In this document: positions 24,527 to 35,811 of the stretch, one piece after another
Layout: each line of letters begins with the position of its first letter
How positions within the stretch are numbered: the stretch's first letter is position 1
Assembly: GCA_050084985.1 (NCBI GenBank)
Contig: JBITNC010000001.1
Location: forward strand, 199,144,001-199,208,000
Direction: 5' to 3'
Length of the DNA: 64,000 nt
Source: Nageia nagi
Lineage: Eukaryota > Plantae > Pinophyta
Program-made: the position numbers and the translations under genes
Notes under the pieces: generated by a model
The model's database searches: none
What the model saw: the letters and a program-made list of their open reading frames with translations, nothing else
What the model was told of the DNA's origin: nothing

Positions 24527-26806
24527 TCAATCAGAATCACTGGAACTGTCATCAACAGTAACAACTGATGGAGCATGAACTAGATGAGCCAAATCATAGG
24601 GTCCGTCAGCGAGTTGCAATTTTTGGCGGGTCTGAATGTCAATGGTGCCTTGTTGAACTTGTGGAACACTTGCTCCTCCACCATGTTGCCGGATAAGCCG
24701 AGACTCCCAAGTTCTAAATGCAGCATTTGATTGGGGCCCGTTTTCATTCTCATCTGGAACAGGGAATAGAAGTAACGGAGGACGAAACTGACTACCCACC
24801 CAATTATCAGGATCTCTTTCTAGCAGAGAGATGAGAGAGAGAGCTCTCCTTCTGCTCCAATATAAATTACCAGGTGTGAACACTTCACGAACACGGAGCT
24901 CATAGTGTAAACCCATCCAACGTGTGTTACAACACACAACAGCTTCATCAAACACAGTGTGAAGAGTTTCTCGGCATTCCTGTACACATTGTGATATTGC
25001 TGCTTTATACTGGGCTTTAATGGGGCCCTGTACAAGAAGTGCACGCAATGCAGCCTGAAACCGTTGGGGAAAGTATGCTTCAATTCGCATTGGAAAGACA
25101 TCATTCTCCTGATTGTTCTGGAATTGAGCTATTTCTTTTCTCCACTGAATCTGATTTAATAGGGCATAAATAAAGGCCCTTAACTGGACTTCTCCCACAT
25201 ACAGGTTAACAAAAAACCCCCGATCAGACGGAACAAAGAAACCGTGAATAAAGCATTCACACACCAAGAAGCGTTGCTCTTCCGAAGCAACAGAATATTC
25301 CTGAAGAAATTGTTTGGGGGTGTCTAAACAATAAGGTCACCCTTTCGTAAGCTGTGATAACTGCCATCTATAGAAAAGTTTTTTCAAATATACACTGTAA
25401 ACTGATGAAGGTGAGCGCAGGCGTAGAATTTCCTCAAAGATGGAGGAAGCATTCTGGACAAGTTGCCTTGGAACAACAGAGGTTTGGGAGAGTGCCGCAA
25501 CTCTACGCTGAGCTTCTTCAAATTTATCTTGTAGACTCTGATGCTCAGCCACCAACTATGTATGTACTGTGTTGAGATCAGAAGAGGCATATTGTTCCTG
25601 CGCTATCTGATATCTTAATTCTTCAATCTCCTCTCGCAGCCTAGCAGTGGAAGCTTTCTCTTCTGTCAAAGCAGACATACAATCAAAATTCTGCTGAATT
25701 CTATCCTTTAAAGCTAACTGTTCAGCTGTGATGTGCTTAATCATTACATGGAGTGTCTATGCGTCCATGTGTTGTCGCCGCATTGTGGCATTAGCTGCAG
25801 CCAACTCTTTGTTTTTCTGTTCTGTCTTAGCATATTGGGCACGCAGAATCTGATTTTCTTGCTCCAATTGTTTAGTCTTTCCCTCTAATTCTTGAACCCG
25901 AGTTAATAGCAATCCATATGACACGTCTGGAGTAGTAAGCGAATTTGCAGTCACAAAATCCGGCTACAAATTGATAGAAGCTTGTGGTGATGCAACACGT
26001 GATCTCTTCCTAGACGGTCTAGCGGAAGACTCTGCATGTGGTTGACAGATGGAAGGCTTATCTTGGATATGAGCTGTTGGAACTGCCTCTACCCGATTTA
26101 TGCTAAATACAGGTACTGTATCCGTTTCAGCAGCCTCCTCCTTGCCTTTTAAAAATGCTTGCCAGGCTTCTTCTCCACCAATTTGAAGAAAATACTCCCA
26201 ACATATTAGAGTGATAAGTCCATGGTGTTTCAAAGGTGAAGTCTGATTCGACTCACGCCACTTAGCAGCCATGGACTGCAGACTGTCAAATAAATGCTGG
26301 GGAATATTATACCTGTACTTTGTTGGGTGTCGTAATTGAACCAATAGTCGCATCTGATGTCCTTGCAATGTTGCATACTGGCCCTCACAAAAGAAATATT
26401 TCAGCACCCAGGTGGCAACTTCACTCCAAGGCTCGGGCAAGGAAACATGATTAATTCCTCGGTCGCATCCTTTGCTCGTGAATTTAGTTGCATGGGGTTC
26501 AGCAAGATGATGGAAGGCGTGGAGAACATTGTCCGGCGATTCCTTTCCAAGTGTCAACTCTTCGCCTTCAGCAGGGATACCAGAGATGGAACTGATTACT
26601 GCAGGAGAAACTGGAGTGGTGTGCCCTCGCAGAGTAACAGAATTCTCATTCAATTCGGCTGCAAACTACCGCACCAACTAGAGTTCATGGCCTTAAAATT
26701 TGTCGAAAAACGGAAGCCATTGGGCCGTGGCAAATATTTCTGACACCCTTTGATCCTTCCGAAGCTCTTCCGTCGAGCTGGGTTCTTCTCGACGTTTCTG
26801 ACCCAT
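24527..26806 (-). pseudogene. Athila accessory ORF3 (env-like position), 759 codons, 7 in-frame stops, no frameshift
   Basis: ATG at 26806 (MGQKRREEP...WLPFFDKF*GHEL*LVR*FAAELNENSVTLRG...). Track ORFs 25964, 25757, 25556, 25337 and 24527 are all in this frame. Central coiled-coil-like segment. Confidence 0.85.
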
Positions 26807-26915
26807 TTTTCTGACAACCGGTTGGTCTGCAAATGCTTGGCTGGAGTTTGAATGTGGCGAGGTGACGAACAGAGCTTATGGCACAGTTGTTATTTGGACA
26901 TGCAGGTTCAAATAA

Positions 26916-26922
26916 TTTTATA
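26916..26922 (-). promoter_or_regulatory. Candidate TATA box for ORF3
   Basis: TATAAAA on minus strand ~110 nt upstream of the ATG. ACGT-core motifs further upstream (~27001, 27295, 27327). Confidence 0.4.
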
Positions 26923-27537
26923 ACAGTTAAACTACTAATTACCTAAATAATGATGAAATGACATACCATTAATGGCGGATGGTGGTGGAGCGTGAAAATG
27001 GACGTCCGGTACGTGTGAGGATGGTAAGGTGATATACCACTGATTGCATGCATGATAATCTGGAGCCGCCGCTTGCCTCCAATGAATCACATGTCATGTG
27101 AAGGACGTTTGACATGTGTGAAGTATTGGTTGATGTGAAGTAAAAAGGTGGCGGTTGATTTGTGTGCAGGGAAAAAGGTGTCAGTTGGTTTTATTTATGG
27201 CGTGGAAAGAGGTGGCAGCCAGTTTTTAAACTGTGCCATGGAGTGGTGAGTATGGATGTGAGGATACGTGGATGTACTTGGTTACTGAGCTGTCACGTGG
27301 TCCGTTGTGCTGCGCTCCCGACAGGTGACGTGTCCTTGAAGATTGGTCCATCACGTTGTAACTGAAATCGTGTCGAGCGCATTGTGCAAGGAAGGTGACG
27401 AAGAAACTGGCAGCTTTGGACGTGTTCGGAGAAACATCGTCCAACGCTCCAGTCACCATACGTATGCAAGATTCACACCATCTTTCGGAACTAAAATAGT
27501 CCCTGTTGACATGGGAATTCTGCATGTGACCCTGCAT

Positions 27538-27540
<3 letters not shown>

Positions 27541-27608
<68 letters not shown>
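27541..27608. repeat. (TA)n microsatellite followed by T-tracts
   Basis: ~34 TA units with one CA interruption, in the pol-ORF3 spacer. Confidence 0.98.
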
Positions 27609-27785
27609 ATTTTAAATAAATTTTTTTTTTTCTCGTTTTTTTTCTTTTTTTTTTTACATATAATACTAAGCTTCTTGTGTTTCCAGTGTCAATGGTTTTC
27701 ACCCGACAAGTGTCAGTTTCTTGATTTTCACTTGTCGACTGCCACATCCACTGGAATCACTTATTTATAGAGCTGATCAAAGAGT

Positions 27786-30700
27786 TTATTTTACCACATC
27801 CGAGGAAGAAGAGGCTTCCCCGGATACATCAGGATCTGCTATCTTTATCTGCTGTGTGAATTGCTCCTTCGTTGATGGTATCAAATATGGTTGGAGGTGA
27901 TGTCCATTAACCAAGAGAATCCTCCGAGAATTGTCAATTGGCTGTAACTGGACTGAACCATTAGGGAATATTTGAAGAATCTTATATGGCCCCAACCATC
28001 GTGTCTGGAGCTTCCCTATGAAATCATTATATCGGGAATCAAATAATAGAGCCCATTCCCCTACTTGAAACTGATTCTGTTTCAGATTTTTGTCATGCCA
28101 AAGTTTCCGTTGATGTTGGATGATTTCAGTATTATGCAATGCCTCCATTCTTATTTCATCCAGCTCATTTAACTGGAGCAGTCTATTTTTTAGAACTTCT
28201 GTTATGTCCATCCCAACTTCTAGGGCTGTTCTCAGTGTCTGGAGCTCAAATTCTTTTGGCATTAGAGGCTTCTTACCAAAAACCAATTCATATGGAGTGA
28301 ATCCAGTGGTGGATTTCCACATGGTATTGTATGCCCAAACTGCTTCAGGAAGCCTGGATACCCAATTCTTTCTGTGCGAAGCTACTGTCTTGGTCAATAT
28401 ATTTTCCAGCTCTCTGTTAGTAACTTCAACTTGTCCATTTGTTTGTGGGTGATAGGGCGAAGCCTTCTTATGTCGGATCTGATATTGGTTTACAAAATGT
28501 TGTATTGTCCTTGACATGAATTGCGGACCCTGATCAGAAACCAGAAATCGAGGAGCTCCAAATCTCTGCATAATGTTATTATACAGAAAATCTGCCACCA
28601 ATTCTTCTTTGGCATGTGCCAAAGCTACTACTTCCACCCACTTAGTGGCATAATCAGTACAGACTAGTATGTGTCTCTTACCTCGAGATGGAGGATTAAT
28701 AGGTCCAACAAAGTCGATGCCCCATTGCTCAAATGGTTCAAGCATCCACTGTGGTTGTAATGGCATTTGAGTAGTAGCAGTTGGTCTACCCATTCGTTGA
28801 CACTGGTCACATTGCTTCACATATTTCCTAATGTCTTTGTGCATGGAAGGCCAAAAATAACCAGCTCCTAGGACTTTATGAATGGTTCGTTTATCAGAAT
28901 AGTGACCTCCTGACGGCTCATCATGACATGCACGGATAATGTCAAATACCTCATCTGTCCGTAGACACCTTCGGAGTGCATAATCAGGTCCATATTTAAA
29001 CAATAATCCATCCACCCATTTGTATGATGCACTTTGTTTTATCAGTTGTTTCCTCTGATTTGGAGATAGATATGGAGGAATTCTTCCAGTGGCAAGATAA
29101 TTAGCAATGTCTGCAAACCATGGGGATTGTGTAGAGATTGCAAATAGTTGTTCATCTGGAAAAGTATCCTCCACAAGCTCATCTTCTCGAATGATGTTCA
29201 GTCTAGACAAGAAATCTGCTACTACATTTGTCTTGCCAGGTTTATCAATTATAGTCACATTAAACTCCTGTAATAACAGCAACCATCTCACGATTCTTCC
29301 ACTTACCACAGGTTTGTTCATGAGATATTTAATGGCAGCATGGTCAGTATGAACAAACACTTGGTACCCTGTGATATAGTGTCTAAATTTATTGATGGCA
29401 TACACTACTGCTAGGAATTCTTTTTCTGTAGTAGTATAATTTCTTTCAGCTCCTACCAAGTTTTTGCTTATGTAATAAATAGCATATGGGGACTTACTTG
29501 GTTCTTCTTGTCCTAGGACTGCTCCAATAGCATAATTTGAGGCATCCGTATGAATGTGGAATGGAAGTTCCCAATTTGGACCTCTCAACATAGGAGTTGT
29601 GGTGAGTTTTTCTTTGATGGTCTGAAAAGCTTCTTCACAGTCAGCCGTCCATTCAAATTCATTGTCCTTATGCAGCAGGGCATTTAATGGGGCCGCTATT
29701 TTACTGAAATTTTCTATAAATCTTCTGTAGTATCCGACATGTCCCAAGAAGCTCCGGACATCTGTTTGAGTCTCAGGTTGAGGAAGTTGCTTGATGACTT
29801 CTATCTTCTTGGGGTCCACCTGAATCCCTTGGGCTGAAATATGATGGCCCAAGACTATTCCCTCCTGTACAAGCATGAAACATTTTTCATGGCTTAAGGA
29901 TAGATTATGCAGTTTGCATCTCACCAATACTTTTTCTAAGTTCCTTAAGGCATCTTCAAAAGTGTTGCCATACATTGTGAAGTCATCCATGTACACTTCA
30001 ACGCAATCATTAGTCAGATCTGTGAAGATTGCTAGCACAACTCTTTGGAAGGTTGCTGGTGCATTGCACAAGCCAAAAGGAAGAACCTTGTAAGCATATG
30101 TACCCCATGCACAGGTAAATGTAGTCTTGCCCTGATCTTCTTCTGCAATTTGTATTTGGTTATAGCCACTGAATCCATCTAAGAAAGAGAAATACTGTTT
30201 ACCAGATAGAGTGTCTAACACCTGATCAATGAAAGGCAATGGAAAGTGGTCCCTGAATGTGGCTTTATTGAGAGCTCTGTAGTCAACACATACCCTCCAT
30301 TCGCCATTTTTCTTAGGCACAATCACCAAAGGTGAGACCCATTGACTATCTGAGATAGGATAGATGAATTCAGCCTTCAACAACTTCTCAATTTCAGTCT
30401 TAACAACTTCTTTAAGTGCAGGATTTATTCGTCTAGGAGGCTGCTGGACAGGCCTGGTTTCATTCGTATAAATATGATGGGTACATATTTGAAGATGAAT
30501 TCCTTTCATGTCTGAGTAATCCCAAGCAAAAGCTTCGGTGTGAGTGGTCAAGACATCAAAAAGCTTCTTCTCTTGTTCATTCGTCAGCCAACTGCTGATA
30601 TTAAGAGTCTTTCCTGGTAATACTTCAACAGTCTTAATCCCAGGCTTGGTCAGATTACTCTGTTCTGGAAGCTGAACTAGGGAATTCAAAGGACAAGAGT

Positions 30701-31073
30701 GTGGGAATAAGGAATGGAATACCCTTGTTCTTTCCCTGAAAGTATCCCCTTTTGGAACAATGTGAGTAAGAGGACATTTGAACATTGCCAACAAGGCTGC
30801 TTGTTCTTCTGAAGGAACATTAAAAATAATGCTTTGTAATGGTTCGACCATTGTATCTCCCCTTTCCTCATCACTGCCCTCTGATTCTCCTTTCTGTTGC
30901 TCCGGACAGTGATACTGTATCTGTTTCAGACTAGGATCTTCTTCTATCTCCTCGACATGGTCCTTGATGGTGATGGTTGCTAATGTTGCAAAAGTGTCAT
31001 GTGCATCCATGTCAGGCTCGTCGATCCATACCTGATTGTGATAATCCAATGTTGGTTGGGCAGGTGGGTACAA
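27786..31073 (-). CDS. pol: Pol: reverse transcriptase, RNase H, integrase
   Basis: FLDGFSGYNQI, VYMDDF, HTDASNYAIGAVL, HDEPSGGH...CDQC, WGIDFVGP / SDQG / GQVEVTNRE (DDE), WLGPY. Stop-free. Lies +1 relative to the gag-PR frame. Confidence 0.97.
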   Translation of the reverse strand: MYPPAQPTLDYHNQVWIDEPDMDAHDTFATLATITIKDHVEEIEEDPSLKQIQYHCPEQQKGESEGSDEERGDTMVEPLQSIIFNVPSEEQAALLAMFKCPLTHIVPKGDTFRERTRVFHSLFPHSCPLNSLVQLPEQSNLTKPGIKTVEVLPGKTLNISSWLTNEQEKKLFDVLTTHTEAFAWDYSDMKGIHLQICTHHIYTNETRPVQQPPRRINPALKEVVKTEIEKLLKAEFIYPISDSQWVSPLVIVPKKNGEWRVCVDYRALNKATFRDHFPLPFIDQVLDTLSGKQYFSFLDGFSGYNQIQIAEEDQGKTTFTCAWGTYAYKVLPFGLCNAPATFQRVVLAIFTDLTNDCVEVYMDDFTMYGNTFEDALRNLEKVLVRCKLHNLSLSHEKCFMLVQEGIVLGHHISAQGIQVDPKKIEVIKQLPQPETQTDVRSFLGHVGYYRRFIENFSKIAAPLNALLHKDNEFEWTADCEEAFQTIKEKLTTTPMLRGPNWELPFHIHTDASNYAIGAVLGQEEPSKSPYAIYYISKNLVGAERNYTTTEKEFLAVVYAINKFRHYITGYQVFVHTDHAAIKYLMNKPVVSGRIVRWLLLLQEFNVTIIDKPGKTNVVADFLSRLNIIREDELVEDTFPDEQLFAISTQSPWFADIANYLATGRIPPYLSPNQRKQLIKQSASYKWVDGLLFKYGPDYALRRCLRTDEVFDIIRACHDEPSGGHYSDKRTIHKVLGAGYFWPSMHKDIRKYVKQCDQCQRMGRPTATTQMPLQPQWMLEPFEQWGIDFVGPINPPSRGKRHILVCTDYATKWVEVVALAHAKEELVADFLYNNIMQRFGAPRFLVSDQGPQFMSRTIQHFVNQYQIRHKKASPYHPQTNGQVEVTNRELENILTKTVASHRKNWVSRLPEAVWAYNTMWKSTTGFTPYELVFGKKPLMPKEFELQTLRTALEVGMDITEVLKNRLLQLNELDEIRMEALHNTEIIQHQRKLWHDKNLKQNQFQVGEWALLFDSRYNDFIGKLQTRWLGPYKILQIFPNGSVQLQPIDNSRRILLVNGHHLQPYLIPSTKEQFTQQIKIADPDVSGEASSSSDVVK

Positions 31074-33906
31074 AGAAAGTGTTTGTGTTTAGGCCATTAG
31101 AAATAGTCATGTCCTCGGACCTACAGTTGATGTATGCAGCTGCTGTGGCTAACCAAGGTCTACCCAGTATGACTGGATATCCAGAAGGCTGTGCTCTTGT
31201 CTTTAACAGTAGGAAATCCACTGGATAGCTCCAAGAATCTACTGTTATTTGGACATCTTCTACAATTCCTTCCGGCTTAGCTACTGTTCGTTCTGCCATT
31301 TGTAACATAGTTGAAGTGGGCTGTATATTTGACAAAAATAGTTTTTGAGACATGTCCAGAGTCATGACATTTATTGCTGCTCCCAAATCAACTAAAACAT
31401 TAGGCACTTTAGTGGTCCCTATGTTAATGGTAATGACAGGATTTCCCGGATCACCATACTTAGGAATTACCAAATTTCCGGCCAAAAGATCAGCTACTTT
31501 ACCATCTACTTTAATAGTCTTTGGATAGACTTTCTTTCTTCTTCCTCTCCTGTGCATGCATAATTCTTTAACCATCTTGTTTAGCTCAGGAACCTGTTTG
31601 ATTGCTTGTAATACAGGTATAGTGATATTCAATTTCTTCATCTCTTGCAGTAGTTCTGATTCTGTTTCTTGAGGTTTTTCCATCAGTCTCTCTGGATATG
31701 GACTAACTGCTATCTGGACCTCCTTATTATGTGCAGGTGCAATTGTTTCTATTGGTGGCTCCAGACTATCCTCTGTTTCCTCTCCTAGAGATTCATTTGA
31801 GCTGTCCACCTCTACTTCTGTGATAGCAGGAGGTGTAGGATTTGGCAATTTCTTACCAAATCGTAGCTCGATTTCATTGCATTGGATAGCATTTACTGAT
31901 GCTGTGTCTTCTTGATCAATCTGATAGGCAGGCGCTGGAGCTTGCCTGTTATTATTGGGGTTGGGAACAGGTTGGGCAGGAAGAGCTGGTTGCTTCGGAG
32001 GTTGTTGCTGCTGATTCATTGGTTGTTGTTGATTAATAGGTGGTGGCAGCAAACCTTGCCTTCGCTGTCCTTGATTATTCCAGTTCTGCCAATTCTGTTC
32101 TCCATATTGCTGCCATTGTGGATTCCATTGTGGAGAATCCCATCCATATACTTGCCAATCTGGGTTTGCCATCCATGGGGAATTGTGTGGCATGTTCCAC
32201 CAATTCGGATTTGTTGGCCTAGAAAAATAAGGATTGGGGTTTCCTTGAAAATTATTATTTCCCCTAGGCCCCATTGCTCCCATATAGTTCATGTTCATGT
32301 TTGGGGCTGCTACAGACATTTGTGCTATCGTTAGATAGTCACAATCATCTGTTGGATGGTCATTATTGCACAGGCTACATATATGGGTGGTGTTCAAAGG
32401 ACATTCATGTAAAGCATGTTTCTTCCGGCATCTAGGACAGTATCTTGATGAGAATTCATCAGTGGCTTCCTTCTTCGAATTTGTGCTTTGGAAAGAATCC
32501 TGCATTTCTTTCAACTTGTTTGCTGTCCCCTTCAATTGACTTAGTTCAAATAGAACATTAGTCCTGAAGTTAGCAAATTCTTCTTTGATTTCACTTGCCA
32601 ATCCAGTCTCCATTCGACCATCATTCTGAAACCTGTCGCTTCTCTTCTGTGATCTGGTCCTTGAATAGTTTCTGCAGAGTTCCACAATTTCATCAAGAGT
32701 TAACTTATTGACATTACCTTTTCCCATCAGATTGAGGACTTCCAATGTGGAATCCAGAAGCCCTCTTAAAAAGATGGTCTTGGAGAATTCTGGATCCATG
32801 GTTGTACCCACTCTCTTATGAACAAATAGGAATCTGTCAAGGTAATCTTCAAGGCTTTCTGAGGCTGCCTGTGTGAGCCGAAACAGTTCATCCTTCCTAT
32901 CTTTAACTCGACAATACTCTTGATATTTTTCTAAGAAAGCTCTTTCCATTTCTTGCCAAGTAGAGATAGAATCTGGAGGTAGTCCCATGAACCACCTCAT
33001 TGCATTGTCCTTCAGAGTGGATGGAAAGAGTTTTAATTTCTGTTCATCCATTTCATAGTCATAAGTTTTGCACAATATTTTGAACTCAAACAAGAACTGA
33101 TCTGGATCTTCACTAGAAAGACCTCTGAAAATAGGTAAGATTGATGGTGAAATATTTTTCATAGGAGCTTGAGTTCCAGTAGCAAGCCGAATGGGATAAG
33201 TGAAAGTTTGGGTTGAAGTTTGAGGAGGAGTACCCCCTACTCTAGAACCACCACTTCCTCCAGACATATTTACCAGCGGATTGATATATATACTTCTAAT
33301 ATGATCCAACTCTGGTATACTACCTTTGCGGTAGTGAATATGGAAGGGTTTCTTGGCTGCCTCCTTCTCAGCTTCAGAATCACTTTCATTAGAAAGAGGT
33401 TGACTAATGGATGATGGTGAAGGTTTATCAAAGGAATGGATGAATGGATGAGATGTTGGGGTTGGAGTGACTGTATCTGGAGCAGACTCAACTAAATTTG
33501 GCTGAAGAGTTAATTCTGCAAACCGTATAGGTGCTAAAGGAGATGTATCTGTAAATCTCCTATATTGTTTAGGTGGATCTGAAAATCTCAGAAATGGTGG
33601 TAAGGATGGACTAATGAAAGGTGTTTCTTCTGCAATTTCTGGATGTTCACGTTCTGGACTATGATCTGACTCCTCTTCTACACTTGTTGGCTCAATTTCT
33701 TCCACAGGTCTAGGCTTTGGCCTAGTTTCTTCTGGTTGCTCCACCTGATGTTCTTCCACAACCTTTCCTGAATCCAACTTTTTATTTTTGGGGGGTTTTT
33801 GTGGTACTGATTTTTGTGTTTTCTGTGGTTTTCCTACAACTACTTTCTTACCACCTTCTCCTTTACTACTAACAAATCTCCCTTTATTATTTCTTAATCT
33901 ATTCAT
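31012..33906 (-). CDS. gag: Gag-protease polyprotein
   Basis: LPIFRGLSSEDPDQFL...KLKLFPSTLKDNAMRWF...TWQEMERAFLEKY, two CX2CX3HX4C knuckles, Q/N-rich tract, protease LVDLGAAINVM...VILGRPWLAT. Confidence 0.96.
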   Translation of the reverse strand: MNRLRNNKGRFVSSKGEGGKKVVVGKPQKTQKSVPQKPPKNKKLDSGKVVEEHQVEQPEETRPKPRPVEEIEPTSVEEESDHSPEREHPEIAEETPFISPSLPPFLRFSDPPKQYRRFTDTSPLAPIRFAELTLQPNLVESAPDTVTPTPTSHPFIHSFDKPSPSSISQPLSNESDSEAEKEAAKKPFHIHYRKGSIPELDHIRSIYINPLVNMSGGSGGSRVGGTPPQTSTQTFTYPIRLATGTQAPMKNISPSILPIFRGLSSEDPDQFLFEFKILCKTYDYEMDEQKLKLFPSTLKDNAMRWFMGLPPDSISTWQEMERAFLEKYQEYCRVKDRKDELFRLTQAASESLEDYLDRFLFVHKRVGTTMDPEFSKTIFLRGLLDSTLEVLNLMGKGNVNKLTLDEIVELCRNYSRTRSQKRSDRFQNDGRMETGLASEIKEEFANFRTNVLFELSQLKGTANKLKEMQDSFQSTNSKKEATDEFSSRYCPRCRKKHALHECPLNTTHICSLCNNDHPTDDCDYLTIAQMSVAAPNMNMNYMGAMGPRGNNNFQGNPNPYFSRPTNPNWWNMPHNSPWMANPDWQVYGWDSPQWNPQWQQYGEQNWQNWNNQGQRRQGLLPPPINQQQPMNQQQQPPKQPALPAQPVPNPNNNRQAPAPAYQIDQEDTASVNAIQCNEIELRFGKKLPNPTPPAITEVEVDSSNESLGEETEDSLEPPIETIAPAHNKEVQIAVSPYPERLMEKPQETESELLQEMKKLNITIPVLQAIKQVPELNKMVKELCMHRRGRRKKVYPKTIKVDGKVADLLAGNLVIPKYGDPGNPVITINIGTTKVPNVLVDLGAAINVMTLDMSQKLFLSNIQPTSTMLQMAERTVAKPEGIVEDVQITVDSWSYPVDFLLLKTRAQPSGYPVILGRPWLATAAAYINCRSEDMTISNGLNTNTFFVPTCPTNIGLSQSGMDRRA

Positions 33907-34097
33907 ATATTCTCAAGCAAATAATCAAACCAAACTATCACAACTTCAACAACAGTTCTCTGCAGATTCTTAATATAGGTTATTGGGGCCACTCATTCTG
34001 TTAAGAATTGAGGAACCAGGACGGCACCCGATTGCAAATTGGCTCTGTCAAGTCCCCTATCCTTAAGAACTACAGAGATAGCTCAATCAACACCGTT

Positions 34098-34115
34098 TCC
34101 CCAGCAACGGCGCCA
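34098..34115 (-). promoter_or_regulatory. Primer binding site, tRNA-Asp (Athila type)
   Basis: TGGCGCCGTTGCTGGGGA, 3 nt (TTT) after the 5' LTR. Confidence 0.92.
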
Positions 34116-34118
34116 AAA

Positions 34119-35811
34119 TGATGAGTTAAATAATGACACTCCAAATTCCCCCAGGGCTGTCACTACCCTCCCCTTAGTGATTCTCACACCTGTTATTGTG
34201 AAGGGACCAGTTAACTCAAAGAGCTGGTACACCAACACTCAGGAAAGCTTTTAGTTGCCTCTCACTAAGTTTGGAATATCAACATTTATCCCCTTCATTA
34301 CTTTTATCAAATCCGGGAGGTGTTCAAGGCTGTATGCTATTGAGCTCTGCTCTCTAAGCTGTATCTACTTCAAGCAAAGTGGCAGAAAACAAATGTGCAG
34401 AACTGAACGTTGCAGAATTGAAAGTACAGGAATCTGAAATACTAAAAGAGAGACAAACTGGAAAATACTGAACTTAAAGCAAACTCACATTTAAACTTGG
34501 AAAGTACAGAAAGATAAAAGAGTCTTCTACCATTTGGAGTGGGCCCTTGCTCCTCTTGGTGGAAGACTTACAGAACTCAGAACTGGAAACTCTTTAACAA
34601 ATCACTTTATTGTTGCATGCAATTCGTCTTACACATAATGTGCTTGACAAATCTAATACAGAGCTTCAACACAATAATCTATTCACACAATACTTTCTTA
34701 ATTTTCTAACCCCTCCTACCGTCAACAATTGAGGTATAAATATCCTCCATTGTTTAACAATAGGTAGGTCAAGAATAACCATAATCTGAACAGTATTCTG
34801 TTATGGAAAACAGAATCATTTATCTACTAAACTGGCTAATACTAAAATTATCATACTAGTAGTATCCATGCCCTATCTAAAGAGAGCTGCAATCCCTTAG
34901 AAAAAGGGATAGCTCATCTCAACAGGTCAGCACTATCCTATTTATATTCATAGGTAGTTTTTTATGCTTAAATTGGAGTCAAACATACTCCAAAAACAAG
35001 AATCATATCTGACTATATCTGATGTGTTGAAACCATGCTTCTACAGACTATATCTGGAGCAGTTCATATCTCCTAAATATCTGGATCATACAAGGTTAGA
35101 ATAGAGCTAACAATATAGTCAAGGATGACAGTCAACTCCTCAGATCTAGGCCTGGAGTGGAAGCTCCGGACGAGTTTGAAGCAGGAGCTCCGGACGAGTT
35201 TGAAGCAGGAGCTCCGGACGAGTCCAACATAGAGGCTCCAGACAAGCTTGAAATAGAAGCTCTGGACAAGCTTGAAATAGAAGCTTTGGACAAGCTTGAA
35301 ATAGAAGCTCCAGACGAGTCTGGAGCAGGCGCTTCGGACAAGTCTGTGAGATAGAGACCTTTGACACGTCTGAGTTGAAGACCTTGGGTGAGTTGAGAAG
35401 GGCTCCAGACAAGTCTGGAGAAGAGCTCCAAACAAGTCTAGCTCTTCTTTATTCATATGAGGTGCCAACTATGTCTGGAGTGGAGCTCCGGACGATGCAG
35501 ACCTGTGTAAAAATCTGTCTGGAGCGGAGCTCCGGACAATGTAGAATTTGTTCAAAGGCATCTTCACAAGACTTGCAACCCATCCAAATTACCGACTATC
35601 ATTCTATGTAGCAAAAAGAAGCATTTTGGTTCAAAACAAACACAAAAGTATAATCAGTATGCACAAAATACTAATAAGGAAGGTATGCATTTAACCATAT
35701 ATTAAGCAACTAGATAGTTCAACCATTACAAATAATCCGTCCCATAATGTCCAAATATACAAAATGAACCATTGAACCATGCCAAAACCAGGTAATTTCT
35801 GAGACTCATCA
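34119..35811 (-). mobile_element. Athila 5' LTR (1693 bp)
   Basis: Repeat of 22805-24471, longer by one 24-bp unit plus 2 bp. Confidence 0.97.

Larger units (their letters stand above)
22805..35811 (-). mobile_element. Full-length Athila-type Ty3/gypsy LTR retrotransposon (13007 bp)
   Basis: Two near-identical LTRs with TGATGAG...CTCATCA termini, perfect TSD CCAAG (22800-22804, 35812-35816), tRNA-Asp PBS, PPT, order gag-PR-RT-RH-INT, no chromodomain, extra ORF before the 3' LTR. Confidence 0.97.

Noticed and set aside
24527-26806. True envelope glycoprotein
   Set aside because: No signal peptide or clear transmembrane segment visible. Only the position is env-like.
27226-27747. 173-aa and 88-aa ORFs with YIYIYI runs
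   Set aside because: Artefact of the stop-free (TA)n microsatellite.
28120-32334. Plus-strand ORFs opposite gag-pol
   Set aside because: Antisense shadows of a long coding frame with no independent motifs.
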